Assembly: GCA_039208735.1 (NCBI GenBank) | Contig: JBCCQY010000098.1 | Location: forward strand, 1 to 34,206 | Source: Myxococcota bacterium | GTDB lineage: Bacteria; Myxococcota_A; UBA796; GCA-2862545 | Length of the DNA stretch: 34,206 nt | Direction: 5' to 3' | In this document: positions 19,526-28,069 of the stretch, piece by piece | Layout: each line of letters opens with the position of its first letter | Position numbering within the stretch: the stretch's first letter is position 1 | Notes under the pieces: generated by a model | The model's input: the letters and a program-made list of their open reading frames with translations, nothing else | Databases searched by the model: none | Told to the model about the DNA's origin: nothing | Made by a program: the position numbers and the translations under genes

Positions 19526-20614
19526 ATGCGCCATCTTGTCTCGCTCGCGGCCGTGGCCATCATGGCAATGGCCTGTAGCGGCGACACCGTTGTCCAAGCC
19601 ACCAAGAATCGCCCCGGCGTTGAACTGCGGACCGCCGAGTTTTGCACGGACCGTGATGCGACGGAGGGCTTCGCCTCCTTCGTCGTCAAAACCATCGATG
19701 GCGGTGCCGTTCCGGCAAGCGAGACCACGATCACGCAAACGATCGATGGCGAAGCGCCTGGATCGGGCCTTTGGGAAGGCGGACAGTCGCTCGACGAAGA
19801 GAACCTGTCGAGCGACATCCACGTGACGCTGTTGCTCGACGCGAGTGATTCCGTGGTCGAAGCCAAACTGTTCGATCTGATGAAGGAGTCGGCCGAGCAG
19901 CTTCTTCGTGATGGCGAGACACAGTGGGCCGAACGGCCGGGCAACTTCACGTGGCAGGTCATCTGGTTCAACCAGTGGGTGAGCCGCGCCGACGGCGATT
20001 GGACGTTCGACGACATCGCCGACATCCCAGCTCCTCCTCAAGAATTCGACGGTTTCACCCGGCTGTACTCGGCGATGGAGTTCGCGGTCCGCAACGCCAG
20101 CGAAGCGCGGACCAACGGAATCGCTGCGGGTGACCGGGATAATCACCTCCTCGCGGTGTTCACCGACGGTCGGGACAACATCAGCGGTCTCGACAGTGAA
20201 GAGCCGCCGGTGGTCGATGGTCTCACCAAGAATGGAGCTGCGTTCACGACCTTTGCGACGAACGCGATCAATCGGGCCCAGCTCGAAGAGCTGATGCGCA
20301 ACCGTCCGTGGCTTCAGGTCTCGCTGCTCGGCTTTGGTAGCAGCATCGATTCCGAAGAGCTGGATGCCCTGGCCGAGGCCGGTGGTGGCACGGTGTACGA
20401 AGGCAACGACATCGAACGGCTCTTCACCCGCGCCCAGCGTTCGTTCGAGATCCTGCAGACCGTCGGCTGGCGCCTGCCCTTCAACCCAGACGAGCCCCAC
20501 ATCTGGGAACTCGAATTCACCGTGAATGGCATCAAACGGTCCGCTTCCATCAAGCTCGATGCCGAGCGCACGGCTCAGACGCCGGAATGTGAAGAAGACA
20601 AGACCGTGCAGTAG
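19526..20614 (+). CDS. von Willebrand factor A (vWA) domain lipoprotein
   Basis: Start ATG 19526 after GGAGAG gives the signal MRHLVSLAAVAIMAMA-C. MIDAS elements LLLDASDS, FTRLY and VFTDG, plus LGFG and LAEAGGG. Confidence 0.88.
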   Translation: MRHLVSLAAVAIMAMACSGDTVVQATKNRPGVELRTAEFCTDRDATEGFASFVVKTIDGGAVPASETTITQTIDGEAPGSGLWEGGQSLDEENLSSDIHVTLLLDASDSVVEAKLFDLMKESAEQLLRDGETQWAERPGNFTWQVIWFNQWVSRADGDWTFDDIADIPAPPQEFDGFTRLYSAMEFAVRNASEARTNGIAAGDRDNHLLAVFTDGRDNISGLDSEEPPVVDGLTKNGAAFTTFATNAINRAQLEELMRNRPWLQVSLLGFGSSIDSEELDALAEAGGGTVYEGNDIERLFTRAQRSFEILQTVGWRLPFNPDEPHIWELEFTVNGIKRSASIKLDAERTAQTPECEEDKTVQ

Positions 20615-20615
20615 G

Positions 20616-21113
20616 TCATGCCGTGCGTTGACGGAGGTATTCCCGCCCCGTCTCAGCGGTCTTCGCCCAGCTCTTTTCGACCTCGGCGACGACCGCTTTC
20701 TCGATCCGGCCTCCGATGAACGACACATTGACCTTGATGTCGCCGTCGATGATCTGGGCACAACGGCCATCGCCGAGATCTTCAACGCGAACCGTGCCGG
20801 CCGCCGTCAGTTTGCCGGGCAGAAAGCTCGGCACCACTTCCCAATGCAGGATGCCCTTTTCGGCGTCGTACTTGTTCTCTTGTTCATAGACGAGCTTCTT
20901 TGAACCGATGATCGAGGCCACGGCGGTGGGCAGCTCTTGGTCGGGGGTGAACCGAATCCGCTGCACCGACAACGCGCCCTCGGTGCGTTCATCGACGATG
21001 TCACGCTGCACCGTCGAGCCCTCTTGGAGCATCGCGGCAAACTCGTCGTCCCAGTACATCGTCCAGAACTGGGCGGGCGTGCAGTCGTACTCATGGCGGA
21101 TGTTCAGCTTCAC
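20616..21113 (-). CDS. DUF2505-like START/SRPBCC-fold protein
   Basis: 165 aa. N-terminal IRHEYDCTPAQFW and C-terminal DGDIKVNVSFIGGRIEKAV match the DUF2505 pattern. GTG start after AGGAG. Confidence 0.8.
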   Translation of the reverse strand: MKLNIRHEYDCTPAQFWTMYWDDEFAAMLQEGSTVQRDIVDERTEGALSVQRIRFTPDQELPTAVASIIGSKKLVYEQENKYDAEKGILHWEVVPSFLPGKLTAAGTVRVEDLGDGRCAQIIDGDIKVNVSFIGGRIEKAVVAEVEKSWAKTAETGREYLRQRTA

Positions 21114-21161
21114 GTCAGGCTCCTGAATGCCCCGACGGTAACCTTGCCGGACTCGTGCGCG

Positions 21162-22094
21162 CTATCCGCCGCTTGTGGTCTCGAGCTGCGGAGGCGCCTC
21201 GCCTTCGATCTCCTGGGCCCCCTGATGGTCGGCGAGCTGGGGGACCGAAGACTGTGGATCGTAGATCTCGGCAACCCCGTCGGTCACCGCGATCGTGCCG
21301 ACCCACTGCCGGTCGAGCCGACGCTGGATGTCCTCGCGTTGCTGGCCGTAGAACAGCCGCGTCACGAACCAGGAAGCTTCCTCGGCACTGGGGGACCCCA
21401 CGACGGCAATCACGGGGACTCGCCGCTCGCCTGCGTACAGCATCGCCTCGGCGGCTGGGGCTTCATCGATGTCGCCGAGCGCCACGAGGTTGGTACCCAC
21501 ACGAATGGCTTGAATGATGCCCGTTCGGTAGTCAGGCACATCCGTTCCCACCTCACGATGGCTGATCGCCGCCATCGCATCCCGATGCAGGTAGGTGAGT
21601 GGACTCTCAAGAATCACCACGTTGGCCCGCTCACGTGCATTGAATCCCTGCACCAGCGCATGCATGGTCGCGATGCGTTGACGTCCGGCCACCAGCAACA
21701 CGCCAGGCCGCCCCACGAACCGCTCCACATTGGCATCGAGCCCGAGTTCGTCGAGGGAAGGGACCCGGGTATTCACGCGATGAACCACCGCGCCAAGGCT
21801 GCCCCGTTGCTTGTAGATGTAGGCGCGAAACCGACCGAGTTGGTTGATGCCGAACGAAAACTCGTGGTCGGTGATGACGGCCACGGGAATCTCGATGTGG
21901 CCCAAGGCGCAGAGCGCGAACACGGCAGCCTTGACATCCGCGGGGGAAAGCGGAGGCAGGTTGGTCGGAACCAGCACGCCATTGGGCATCCGCATCAGCG
22001 GCCGATTCGGGACCTTGAAGTGGACCTCCTCGGCGCCACCGTCGGTCGCTTCACGAAGCACGCGCAGCATGGTGTCTCGGCTGATGTTGGTCAT
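21162..22094 (-). CDS. PilT/PilU-like protein lacking ATPase motifs (pseudo-ATPase)
   Basis: PilT N-domain (EVHFKVPNRPLMR, FSFGINQLGRFRAYIYKQRG, PSLDELGL) and ISHREVGTD are clear. Walker A is reduced to VLLVAGRQRIAT. Start ATG 22094 after CAGGAG. Confidence 0.88.
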   Translation of the reverse strand: MTNISRDTMLRVLREATDGGAEEVHFKVPNRPLMRMPNGVLVPTNLPPLSPADVKAAVFALCALGHIEIPVAVITDHEFSFGINQLGRFRAYIYKQRGSLGAVVHRVNTRVPSLDELGLDANVERFVGRPGVLLVAGRQRIATMHALVQGFNARERANVVILESPLTYLHRDAMAAISHREVGTDVPDYRTGIIQAIRVGTNLVALGDIDEAPAAEAMLYAGERRVPVIAVVGSPSAEEASWFVTRLFYGQQREDIQRRLDRQWVGTIAVTDGVAEIYDPQSSVPQLADHQGAQEIEGEAPPQLETTSGG

Positions 22095-22136
22095 GAACCG
22101 CTCCTGATTCCAGCATCGGATCGAGAACACGGCCTT

Positions 22137-22979
22137 TCAGCCTTCCTCGCGACGGCGGGTTGGACGGGGGATGCGCACGCGTCCCTCTCCGGCGTCGTCC
22201 ATCAGATCGTCGAGGCCTCCGGTCGGTCGACGCGGAACGCTTCGCGGCTTTGACGGGGCGGTTTCTTCTTCAGCCTGCCGCTCCCGGTACTCCCGCTCGA
22301 TTTGCTGCAGCTCACTCACGTAGGCCACGTAGTCATCGATCGTGTTCCCTCGGGGAGGGGCCGCAGGTTCCGACGACCGGGGTTTAGGAGCTTGTCGGCC
22401 TGCGCTTGGGTCGGCCTTGGGCATTCGCACTCGCCCTGGTGTGGTGGGTCCGGCCGGAAGGCCCCGCACGGGCACGATGGGCGGTCGACGGTCCACGGCC
22501 TCAGCCGCTTGGGGCGCCTTGGCGGGTCGCGGAGCCGCCGTCCGTGGCTGCGGAATGGTGTCGGGAGAACGCGGCCGGGCGCCCCCTGACGTTGCAGAGG
22601 GGGCCTCCAACGACCGAGGACGCGCCCCTCGGGCTTGGACGGGCGGTGTGGCTTCTGGTTTGCGCACCGGCGCCCCCGTTCGCACTGGCGAACCCTCGGC
22701 GGCTCCCTCGGAAGCCGTACGGCCCACCGGAGGCAACGAAGCGAGCGGCCCCAACGCGGCTCGAGGCGGCGCAGGCACAAAGGGGTCATCCTCTTCAAGT
22801 CGCGACCAGAACCGACGCGAATTGCCGACGGGCCGAAACGCCCGGCGCTGCAGCAATCGCGTCACGGTCGCCCCTCCCACGACGCGTCGCTCCGCAATTC
22901 GACGTGGCGGCGAAACGTCAGGCGGCTCAATGGCTGCGAGGAGGTCGTGAGCAGTGGTCTCATCGGGCCCGCCGGCCAT
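22137..22979 (-). CDS. Pro/Arg/Ala-rich, probably disordered hypothetical protein
   Basis: 280 aa ORF with ATG after GGAGGG, filling the gap between the pilT-like gene and rpiA. One helical block (NTIDDYVAYVSELQQIEREYRERQ) and a GGLDDLMDD motif. Confidence 0.62.
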   Translation of the reverse strand: MAGGPDETTAHDLLAAIEPPDVSPPRRIAERRVVGGATVTRLLQRRAFRPVGNSRRFWSRLEEDDPFVPAPPRAALGPLASLPPVGRTASEGAAEGSPVRTGAPVRKPEATPPVQARGARPRSLEAPSATSGGARPRSPDTIPQPRTAAPRPAKAPQAAEAVDRRPPIVPVRGLPAGPTTPGRVRMPKADPSAGRQAPKPRSSEPAAPPRGNTIDDYVAYVSELQQIEREYRERQAEEETAPSKPRSVPRRPTGGLDDLMDDAGEGRVRIPRPTRRREEG

Positions 22980-23064
22980 GGACCCTCCAAAGCGGTGTCG
23001 GCCCCTCTAACGCTCACGCCGCCTCTTTCCCCGCGTTCGGATACCGGGCCCACCGGAGGACGTC

Positions 23065-23757
23065 ATGACCGACGCATCGAAAGACGCCCAAAAGGCCGCT
23101 GCCGCGAAGGCTGCGGTGGCCCACATCGTCACGAACACTACGATCGGGTTGGGCACGGGGTCCACGATGGCGTTCGCCCTCGACGCCCTGGCCGAACGCA
23201 TTCGCGCAGAGGGGCTTGTCATTCAGGGGGTGCCCACCTCCCAAGCCACCGCCGATCGAGCCCAGCAGCTCGGCATTCCGCTGACCACCCTCGATGCCTC
23301 TCCCGAACTCGACCTTGCCATCGACGGCGCGGATGAGGTCGATCCGAATTTCGCGATGATCAAGGGTGGCGGAGGCGCCTTGCTGCGAGAGAAGATCGTC
23401 GCCCACGCAGCCAAGCACGTGATCATCGTGGTGGACGCTGGCAAACGGGTGGAACGCTTGGGTGCCTTTCCCTTGCCCATCGAGGTCGTGCCCTTCGGGG
23501 CCGCAACGGTGAAACACCACCTCGAGCAACGCGGGATGACGACGCAGCTCCGGCAACGCGACGGAGCGACCTGGGTCACGGACGAGGGCAACTGGATCCT
23601 CGACGCCAAAGCACCTACGCCGATCGTCGATCCGGCGGGCCTCCATGCCAAGCTCGTGGCCCACCCTGCCGTCGTGGAGACAGGCTTGTTCGTAGGACTC
23701 CTCGACACGCTGATCGTAGGCGGTCCCGCAGGGGTTGAGACGCTACTCGCTGGGTGA
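23065..23757 (+). CDS. rpiA: Ribose-5-phosphate isomerase A
   Basis: IGLGTGST, DLAIDGADEVD, IKGGGGALLREKIVA, PIEVVPF, VVETGLF. Preceded by GGAGGA. Confidence 0.98.
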   Translation: MTDASKDAQKAAAAKAAVAHIVTNTTIGLGTGSTMAFALDALAERIRAEGLVIQGVPTSQATADRAQQLGIPLTTLDASPELDLAIDGADEVDPNFAMIKGGGGALLREKIVAHAAKHVIIVVDAGKRVERLGAFPLPIEVVPFGAATVKHHLEQRGMTTQLRQRDGATWVTDEGNWILDAKAPTPIVDPAGLHAKLVAHPAVVETGLFVGLLDTLIVGGPAGVETLLAG

Positions 23758-24267
23758 CGCGTCGGCCGCGGTCACCGCCGCAGCCAGCGCATCGAGCCAG
23801 CGTCCATGGCAGTCGAGCATCGCCGGGCGGACCTTCTTGAAGAACACGGACTTGAAGGGCCATGGCGGTGGATTGAGCGGTGTGAAGATGGCCACTTCGG
23901 TGCCGTCGTCAACCGGTCGGTACGTGATCTGGGTAAACCAGCCCCGGTTGCCCGGATGTTCGATCTCAAAGACGTGACCGGGCTCGTCGCGCGAAATCTT
24001 CATGTCGAGACGGCGACGAAGGGGTCCAAAGGTGTAGCGCACGGCACCCAGTGCCTCTTCTCCGGTGGTGATCGCGCTGTACGAAAATTGGGTGGCACAG
24101 TCTTCGGGCCACAACGCTCCCCACTCGCGCAGATCATCAAGTTGAAGATGGATCTCCTTGGGCGGGGCCTCGAGGAGTTTCGTCATTCGAACATCCGCCT
24201 CGGCTCCATCCCACTTTCCCGCCATCGCCGAGGTCGTCATCAAGACCGCTGCGCACCACGTGATCAT
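23743..24267 (-). CDS. SRPBCC (START/polyketide cyclase-like) family protein with a probable signal peptide
   Basis: Start ATG 24267 after GGGGAG gives the signal MITWCAAVLMTTSAMA-G. LEAPPKEIHLQLDDLREWGALWP and the C-terminal helix (RWLDALAAAV) are typical of SRPBCC. Confidence 0.75.
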   Translation of the reverse strand: MITWCAAVLMTTSAMAGKWDGAEADVRMTKLLEAPPKEIHLQLDDLREWGALWPEDCATQFSYSAITTGEEALGAVRYTFGPLRRRLDMKISRDEPGHVFEIEHPGNRGWFTQITYRPVDDGTEVAIFTPLNPPPWPFKSVFFKKVRPAMLDCHGRWLDALAAAVTAADASPSE

Positions 24268-24425
24268 GCTGTTCTCCCCGCGACGCGAGAACGCATCGCC
24301 ACCGAGGGCGGGATAACGCTCGTGCAAGCAGTGAGGGCGTCCTGGCAAACAATCCGACGGAGATCCTAAGTGAGGCCCTAGAGGGCGAGGTCGAACACCT
24401 GGCGTTAGCCGGTCCGGAAGACGGC

Positions 24426-26897
24426 GTGTACACGCTGACCGGCCGCATACGGGCCGATGTGGACGATCCGGCCGAAGCCGTTTCATTCATTGAAGAACTC
24501 GCCGCCGAAGCGATCGAGGCGCCGGTCTTTGTGGACGCGCCCGTCGTGGATCGGGAGATTCCGGGCGTGGAGGTCTATGCGATCCTCGACACCCCCGACC
24601 GACCCACCGACGTCATCCACGTGCATGAAACGGAGCCAGGAACGCTCACGGTGTTGGTCCGCGACCAGCCTCGCAACTTGTCTGCCAAGAGCAACCGGCT
24701 GCCGGGATTAAAGAAGAAGCTGGATTCCTGGACGATCGTGCCTCGGGAACTTGGCAATGGCACCGACCCGAAGACGCTGTCCACCCAACCGCAGACCGTC
24801 ACCTTCCTGACGCCGTGGCTGAAGGATGCGGGCATCGCACCCGAGGCCGTCCACCACCACAAGGTCGACGTCAAGCGCAAGCGCCTCGAGGTCCTCCTCG
24901 ACAGCGAAGACACGCCGGCGCTGCAACTGCGTCGACTTGGACGAACCATCCGCAACGCCACCGACATCGACGTAAAGCTGCGGCACCGCATCGCCGGACA
25001 CCGGGCGCGGGACGTCGTCTACGCCGCGTTCCAGGAACTCGACACCGTCGAAGGCGTTCAGGTGCAGTGGGATCCTCGACTCGAAGGCGTAGCCTGCACC
25101 GTGGACGCCCCTGAAGCCCAGCGGGACGGCCTGCAACGGTTCTGCGACCGACTTTCGGAGCAGCTTGGGGTCCCCGTCGTGTTCGTCCTCGACTCCAAGG
25201 GCGAGGTCATGGTGGAGCGGCTGCTCAAGGCGTTTCCGGAAGAAGGCATCGTGACTGGGTTTCGGCACGTCGAAGGGAAGACGTATGTGGCCGAAGCCCT
25301 GTTGCCCCTCCAAGACCACGATGTGCTGCTGGCGTGGACCGACCAAATGGAGGCCGAGTGGGGGGTCCAGATCCTGATCGAAGATCCGCGACTTCGCGCG
25401 CCGGACCTTCGGTATGCAGATCGTCTGGGGTCCGACGCCGACACGATCGCACTGCGCTACAACCGTCCGCGGTCGATGCCCAGCGAAATCCAAACGCAAG
25501 CCGACGAATTGGTCAACGCCTTTGATCTCGACGCCGAAGTCGCCTCGGGACGACGCCGCGATCTGCGTCAAGACCGCATCGTGATGTCCATCGACCCCAC
25601 GCGAACGAAGGACCTCGACGATGCGTTGTCCATCAACGCGCTCGAGGATGGACGCTATGCGATCGGGGTGCACATCGCCGATGTTTCCCCCTTCGTGCCT
25701 CAAGATACGCCGATCGATCGCGAGGCCCTGAAGCGCTCCTTCACGACGTACCTGGCTGAAGGCGAGATCCCGGTGCTGCCACCGATCCTCGCCGACCAGG
25801 TGTGCAGCCTGCACGGAGGACAGGACTCACCGGCCCTGTCGCTGCTGTTCACGATGGACGAGGCACTCAACGTCACCGATGTCGAGGTCGTCCGGTCTGC
25901 CATCCACAACTACTGCCGTTTCGACTATTCAACCGCGCAGGGCATCATCGACGGCGACGACCACGAATACGCGTGGGCCATTCGCACCCTGGATCGACTC
26001 GCCCAGGCCCTGCGGTCCCGTCGCAAAGAGCAGGGCAGCCTTGACTTGTCGCTTGAGCCCGACCCCGAGAAGCGGAGCCACCAGCTCATCGAGGAGTTCA
26101 TGCTCCTCGCAAACGAACAAGTCGCCCGCTACCTCGTCGAGCATCACCCGAAGTCGCTGTGTCTGTACCGAGTGCATCCGCATGTGGGTGAAACCGACTG
26201 GGGCAGCCTGCAGCAAGTGGCGCAGTACCTCGATCTCGATACCCGGGTGAGTGACCAGGCCTCCATGCAGCGGGCCCTCGAAGAAGCCGCTGCGGTCGAT
26301 GTGACCGACGATGGGCAGCTCGGTCCAACCTACCGGGTGTTCCGCTACCACGTCGGTCAGCTGCTCCAGAAGGCCACGTACCACTTCGAGCAGCTGGGCC
26401 ATGGGGCGTTGCACAAGGACTACTACGCCCATTTCACCTCGCCCATTCGGCGCTACCCCGACTTGATCGTCCACCGCCTGCTCGAAGATGCCCTGTATGC
26501 GGCTGAACGCGACCGCCAGAGCAGCTACGAACCCGAAGGGCTGCTGACCATTCAAGAGCACGTCGGTTCGATGGAAATCCGGGTTGATGCAGGAAGTTTC
26601 GAAAGTCATCGGCTCGTTGAGCTGCAGGCGTTCGATCGGGGCACGCGCGTCGAAGACGGACTCATCGTGGGCCTCATGAGGGGCTGGGCCGCGATCCGAC
26701 TCGATCGGACCGACCTGTCGGTGTCGGTCCGCTACCGGGATGAGAAGACCCTGGGCGTGGCCATGCCCGTGCGCGTGACCGACCAGGGCACCGGCTTGTC
26801 TCTTTCCCTCGGGCAACGTGTCACAGTGCGCACGCATGGAGTAGACTGGGCGCGCACCAGCGTAGAGGCCGAGATCATCGGTGTCGGGGGACGTTGA
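24426..26897 (+). CDS. RNB-domain (RNase II/R family) exoribonuclease with an atypical repeat N-terminus
   Basis: Catalytic SIDPTRTKDLDDALS, GVHIADVS, LIEEFMLLAN, YAHFTSPIRRYPDLIVHR, and a divergent S1-like C-terminus. The true start may be CTG 24342. Confidence 0.92.
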   Translation: MYTLTGRIRADVDDPAEAVSFIEELAAEAIEAPVFVDAPVVDREIPGVEVYAILDTPDRPTDVIHVHETEPGTLTVLVRDQPRNLSAKSNRLPGLKKKLDSWTIVPRELGNGTDPKTLSTQPQTVTFLTPWLKDAGIAPEAVHHHKVDVKRKRLEVLLDSEDTPALQLRRLGRTIRNATDIDVKLRHRIAGHRARDVVYAAFQELDTVEGVQVQWDPRLEGVACTVDAPEAQRDGLQRFCDRLSEQLGVPVVFVLDSKGEVMVERLLKAFPEEGIVTGFRHVEGKTYVAEALLPLQDHDVLLAWTDQMEAEWGVQILIEDPRLRAPDLRYADRLGSDADTIALRYNRPRSMPSEIQTQADELVNAFDLDAEVASGRRRDLRQDRIVMSIDPTRTKDLDDALSINALEDGRYAIGVHIADVSPFVPQDTPIDREALKRSFTTYLAEGEIPVLPPILADQVCSLHGGQDSPALSLLFTMDEALNVTDVEVVRSAIHNYCRFDYSTAQGIIDGDDHEYAWAIRTLDRLAQALRSRRKEQGSLDLSLEPDPEKRSHQLIEEFMLLANEQVARYLVEHHPKSLCLYRVHPHVGETDWGSLQQVAQYLDLDTRVSDQASMQRALEEAAAVDVTDDGQLGPTYRVFRYHVGQLLQKATYHFEQLGHGALHKDYYAHFTSPIRRYPDLIVHRLLEDALYAAERDRQSSYEPEGLLTIQEHVGSMEIRVDAGSFESHRLVELQAFDRGTRVEDGLIVGLMRGWAAIRLDRTDLSVSVRYRDEKTLGVAMPVRVTDQGTGLSLSLGQRVTVRTHGVDWARTSVEAEIIGVGGR

Positions 26898-27400
26898 TGG
26901 GGCGATCGTTGTATTCCCGGAACGACGAGATCGGGGCCATCCCCGAGCAAGTGTGGCAGCTGTGCTACGAATCGCGCTTTCGCTGTCCCAATCCGAGTTG
27001 CAACAAATGGATGGTCGCCGACCCCTCATACGTCGTGGCCATCGATGAGCATGCTCCCGAATCCCCTTCGAACCTGCTCGTCCTGTGCCCCTCTTGTTTC
27101 CGCAACCATCATCGCGGCCAGATCCCTTCCCATGCGTTCCGCGCCTGGAAGAGTGTCCTCCTCGCCAAGAAATCAGCGTATGACCTCGATCACCTGACGT
27201 TTCTCCAGTTCCTGGAGACGCTTGGCCAGCCGATCGTGCTCACCACCCCTCAACTGCTCGAGGTGCAAGGGCTCGTCGTGGTCGGTGCGATTTCCACGGA
27301 GTCGGTCGAGGGAGATCTGCCCCAGTGGCGCGTCGAGATCACCGTCGCGGGGCACTTGTTGCTCGAGAGTTGGCGACAGGGCCGCGCTCCCGACCACTAA
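26897..27400 (+). CDS. HNH-endonuclease-like zinc-binding protein, apparently lacking catalytic His, with a wHTH-like C-terminus
   Basis: ATG overlaps the RNB stop (TGATG). CPNPSC and NLLVLCPSCFRNHH are present; C-terminal WRVEITVAGHLLLESW. Confidence 0.72.
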   Translation: MGRSLYSRNDEIGAIPEQVWQLCYESRFRCPNPSCNKWMVADPSYVVAIDEHAPESPSNLLVLCPSCFRNHHRGQIPSHAFRAWKSVLLAKKSAYDLDHLTFLQFLETLGQPIVLTTPQLLEVQGLVVVGAISTESVEGDLPQWRVEITVAGHLLLESWRQGRAPDH

Positions 27401-27404
27401 GGCA

Positions 27405-28031
27405 TCAGGCGTTTTGTCGCAGGGCAGCGCGCGCCTGGCCGATCCAGTCGTCGGCCGCGATCCGATCTTGCGGGCATCCAACCACCATCGCCAAGTCTGC
27501 GATCTCGTCGTCGGTGAGCTGCGCAAGCTGCGAAAACGTGATGAGCCCGACCCGCTGGAGCTTGCGCGCGTGAAGGGGTGACAGCCCACGGATCGCGCTC
27601 AGGTTGTCGCGACGGCGACGCGCCCCTCCCCGAAGAGCCGCCTCCTTCAGCCGCTCCTTGGCCGAGGCGATCGCAGCGGCGTCGGGCGCTTCGGCACGGG
27701 CCACCGCCTGATCTCGAGCGGGAGAGAGCAGGTCGATCTGCTCGAAGGGCCCCTCTCCGGCGACTCCGGCTGGAATCAACGTGTTTTGGCTATCGAAGTC
27801 GATCGCCTCAAGGCGCATGCGCTTCCGCTCGTCGTTAGGCACGAGGATTGGGTCAATCTGCGTCACGGGGGCGCGGCTGCGCGGATCACGGCGTCGGCGA
27901 CTCACCACGACAACCGTGATCAACATCGCAAGGACGGTGCCCAGGAGCACCGCTCCCTGAACCTCGAGGGGCAAGGCCACCAGGGTGTCGACCAGGGCTT
28001 CCAATCCATCCTCCGTGGCGCTCGGGCCCAT
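27405..28031 (-). CDS. Membrane-anchored protein with a C-terminal helix-hairpin-helix domain (NuoE/L21-tail-like)
   Basis: N-terminal TM (AVLLGTVLAMLITVVVV) followed by SRRRR. C-terminal DNLSAIRGLSPLHARKLQRVGLITFSQLA...RIAADDWIGQA. Confidence 0.8.
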   Translation of the reverse strand: MGPSATEDGLEALVDTLVALPLEVQGAVLLGTVLAMLITVVVVSRRRRDPRSRAPVTQIDPILVPNDERKRMRLEAIDFDSQNTLIPAGVAGEGPFEQIDLLSPARDQAVARAEAPDAAAIASAKERLKEAALRGGARRRRDNLSAIRGLSPLHARKLQRVGLITFSQLAQLTDDEIADLAMVVGCPQDRIAADDWIGQARAALRQNA

Positions 28032-28069
28032 GGTACTCGGACACCTTCAAACCAGCCACTATGCCCTCG

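Noticed and set aside
21162..22094. Calling the PilT-like gene a functional pilT or a pseudogene
   Set aside because: It lacks all ATPase motifs, so it is not a canonical pilT. It has no frameshift or premature stop and keeps a good SD, so pseudogene status is unsupported.
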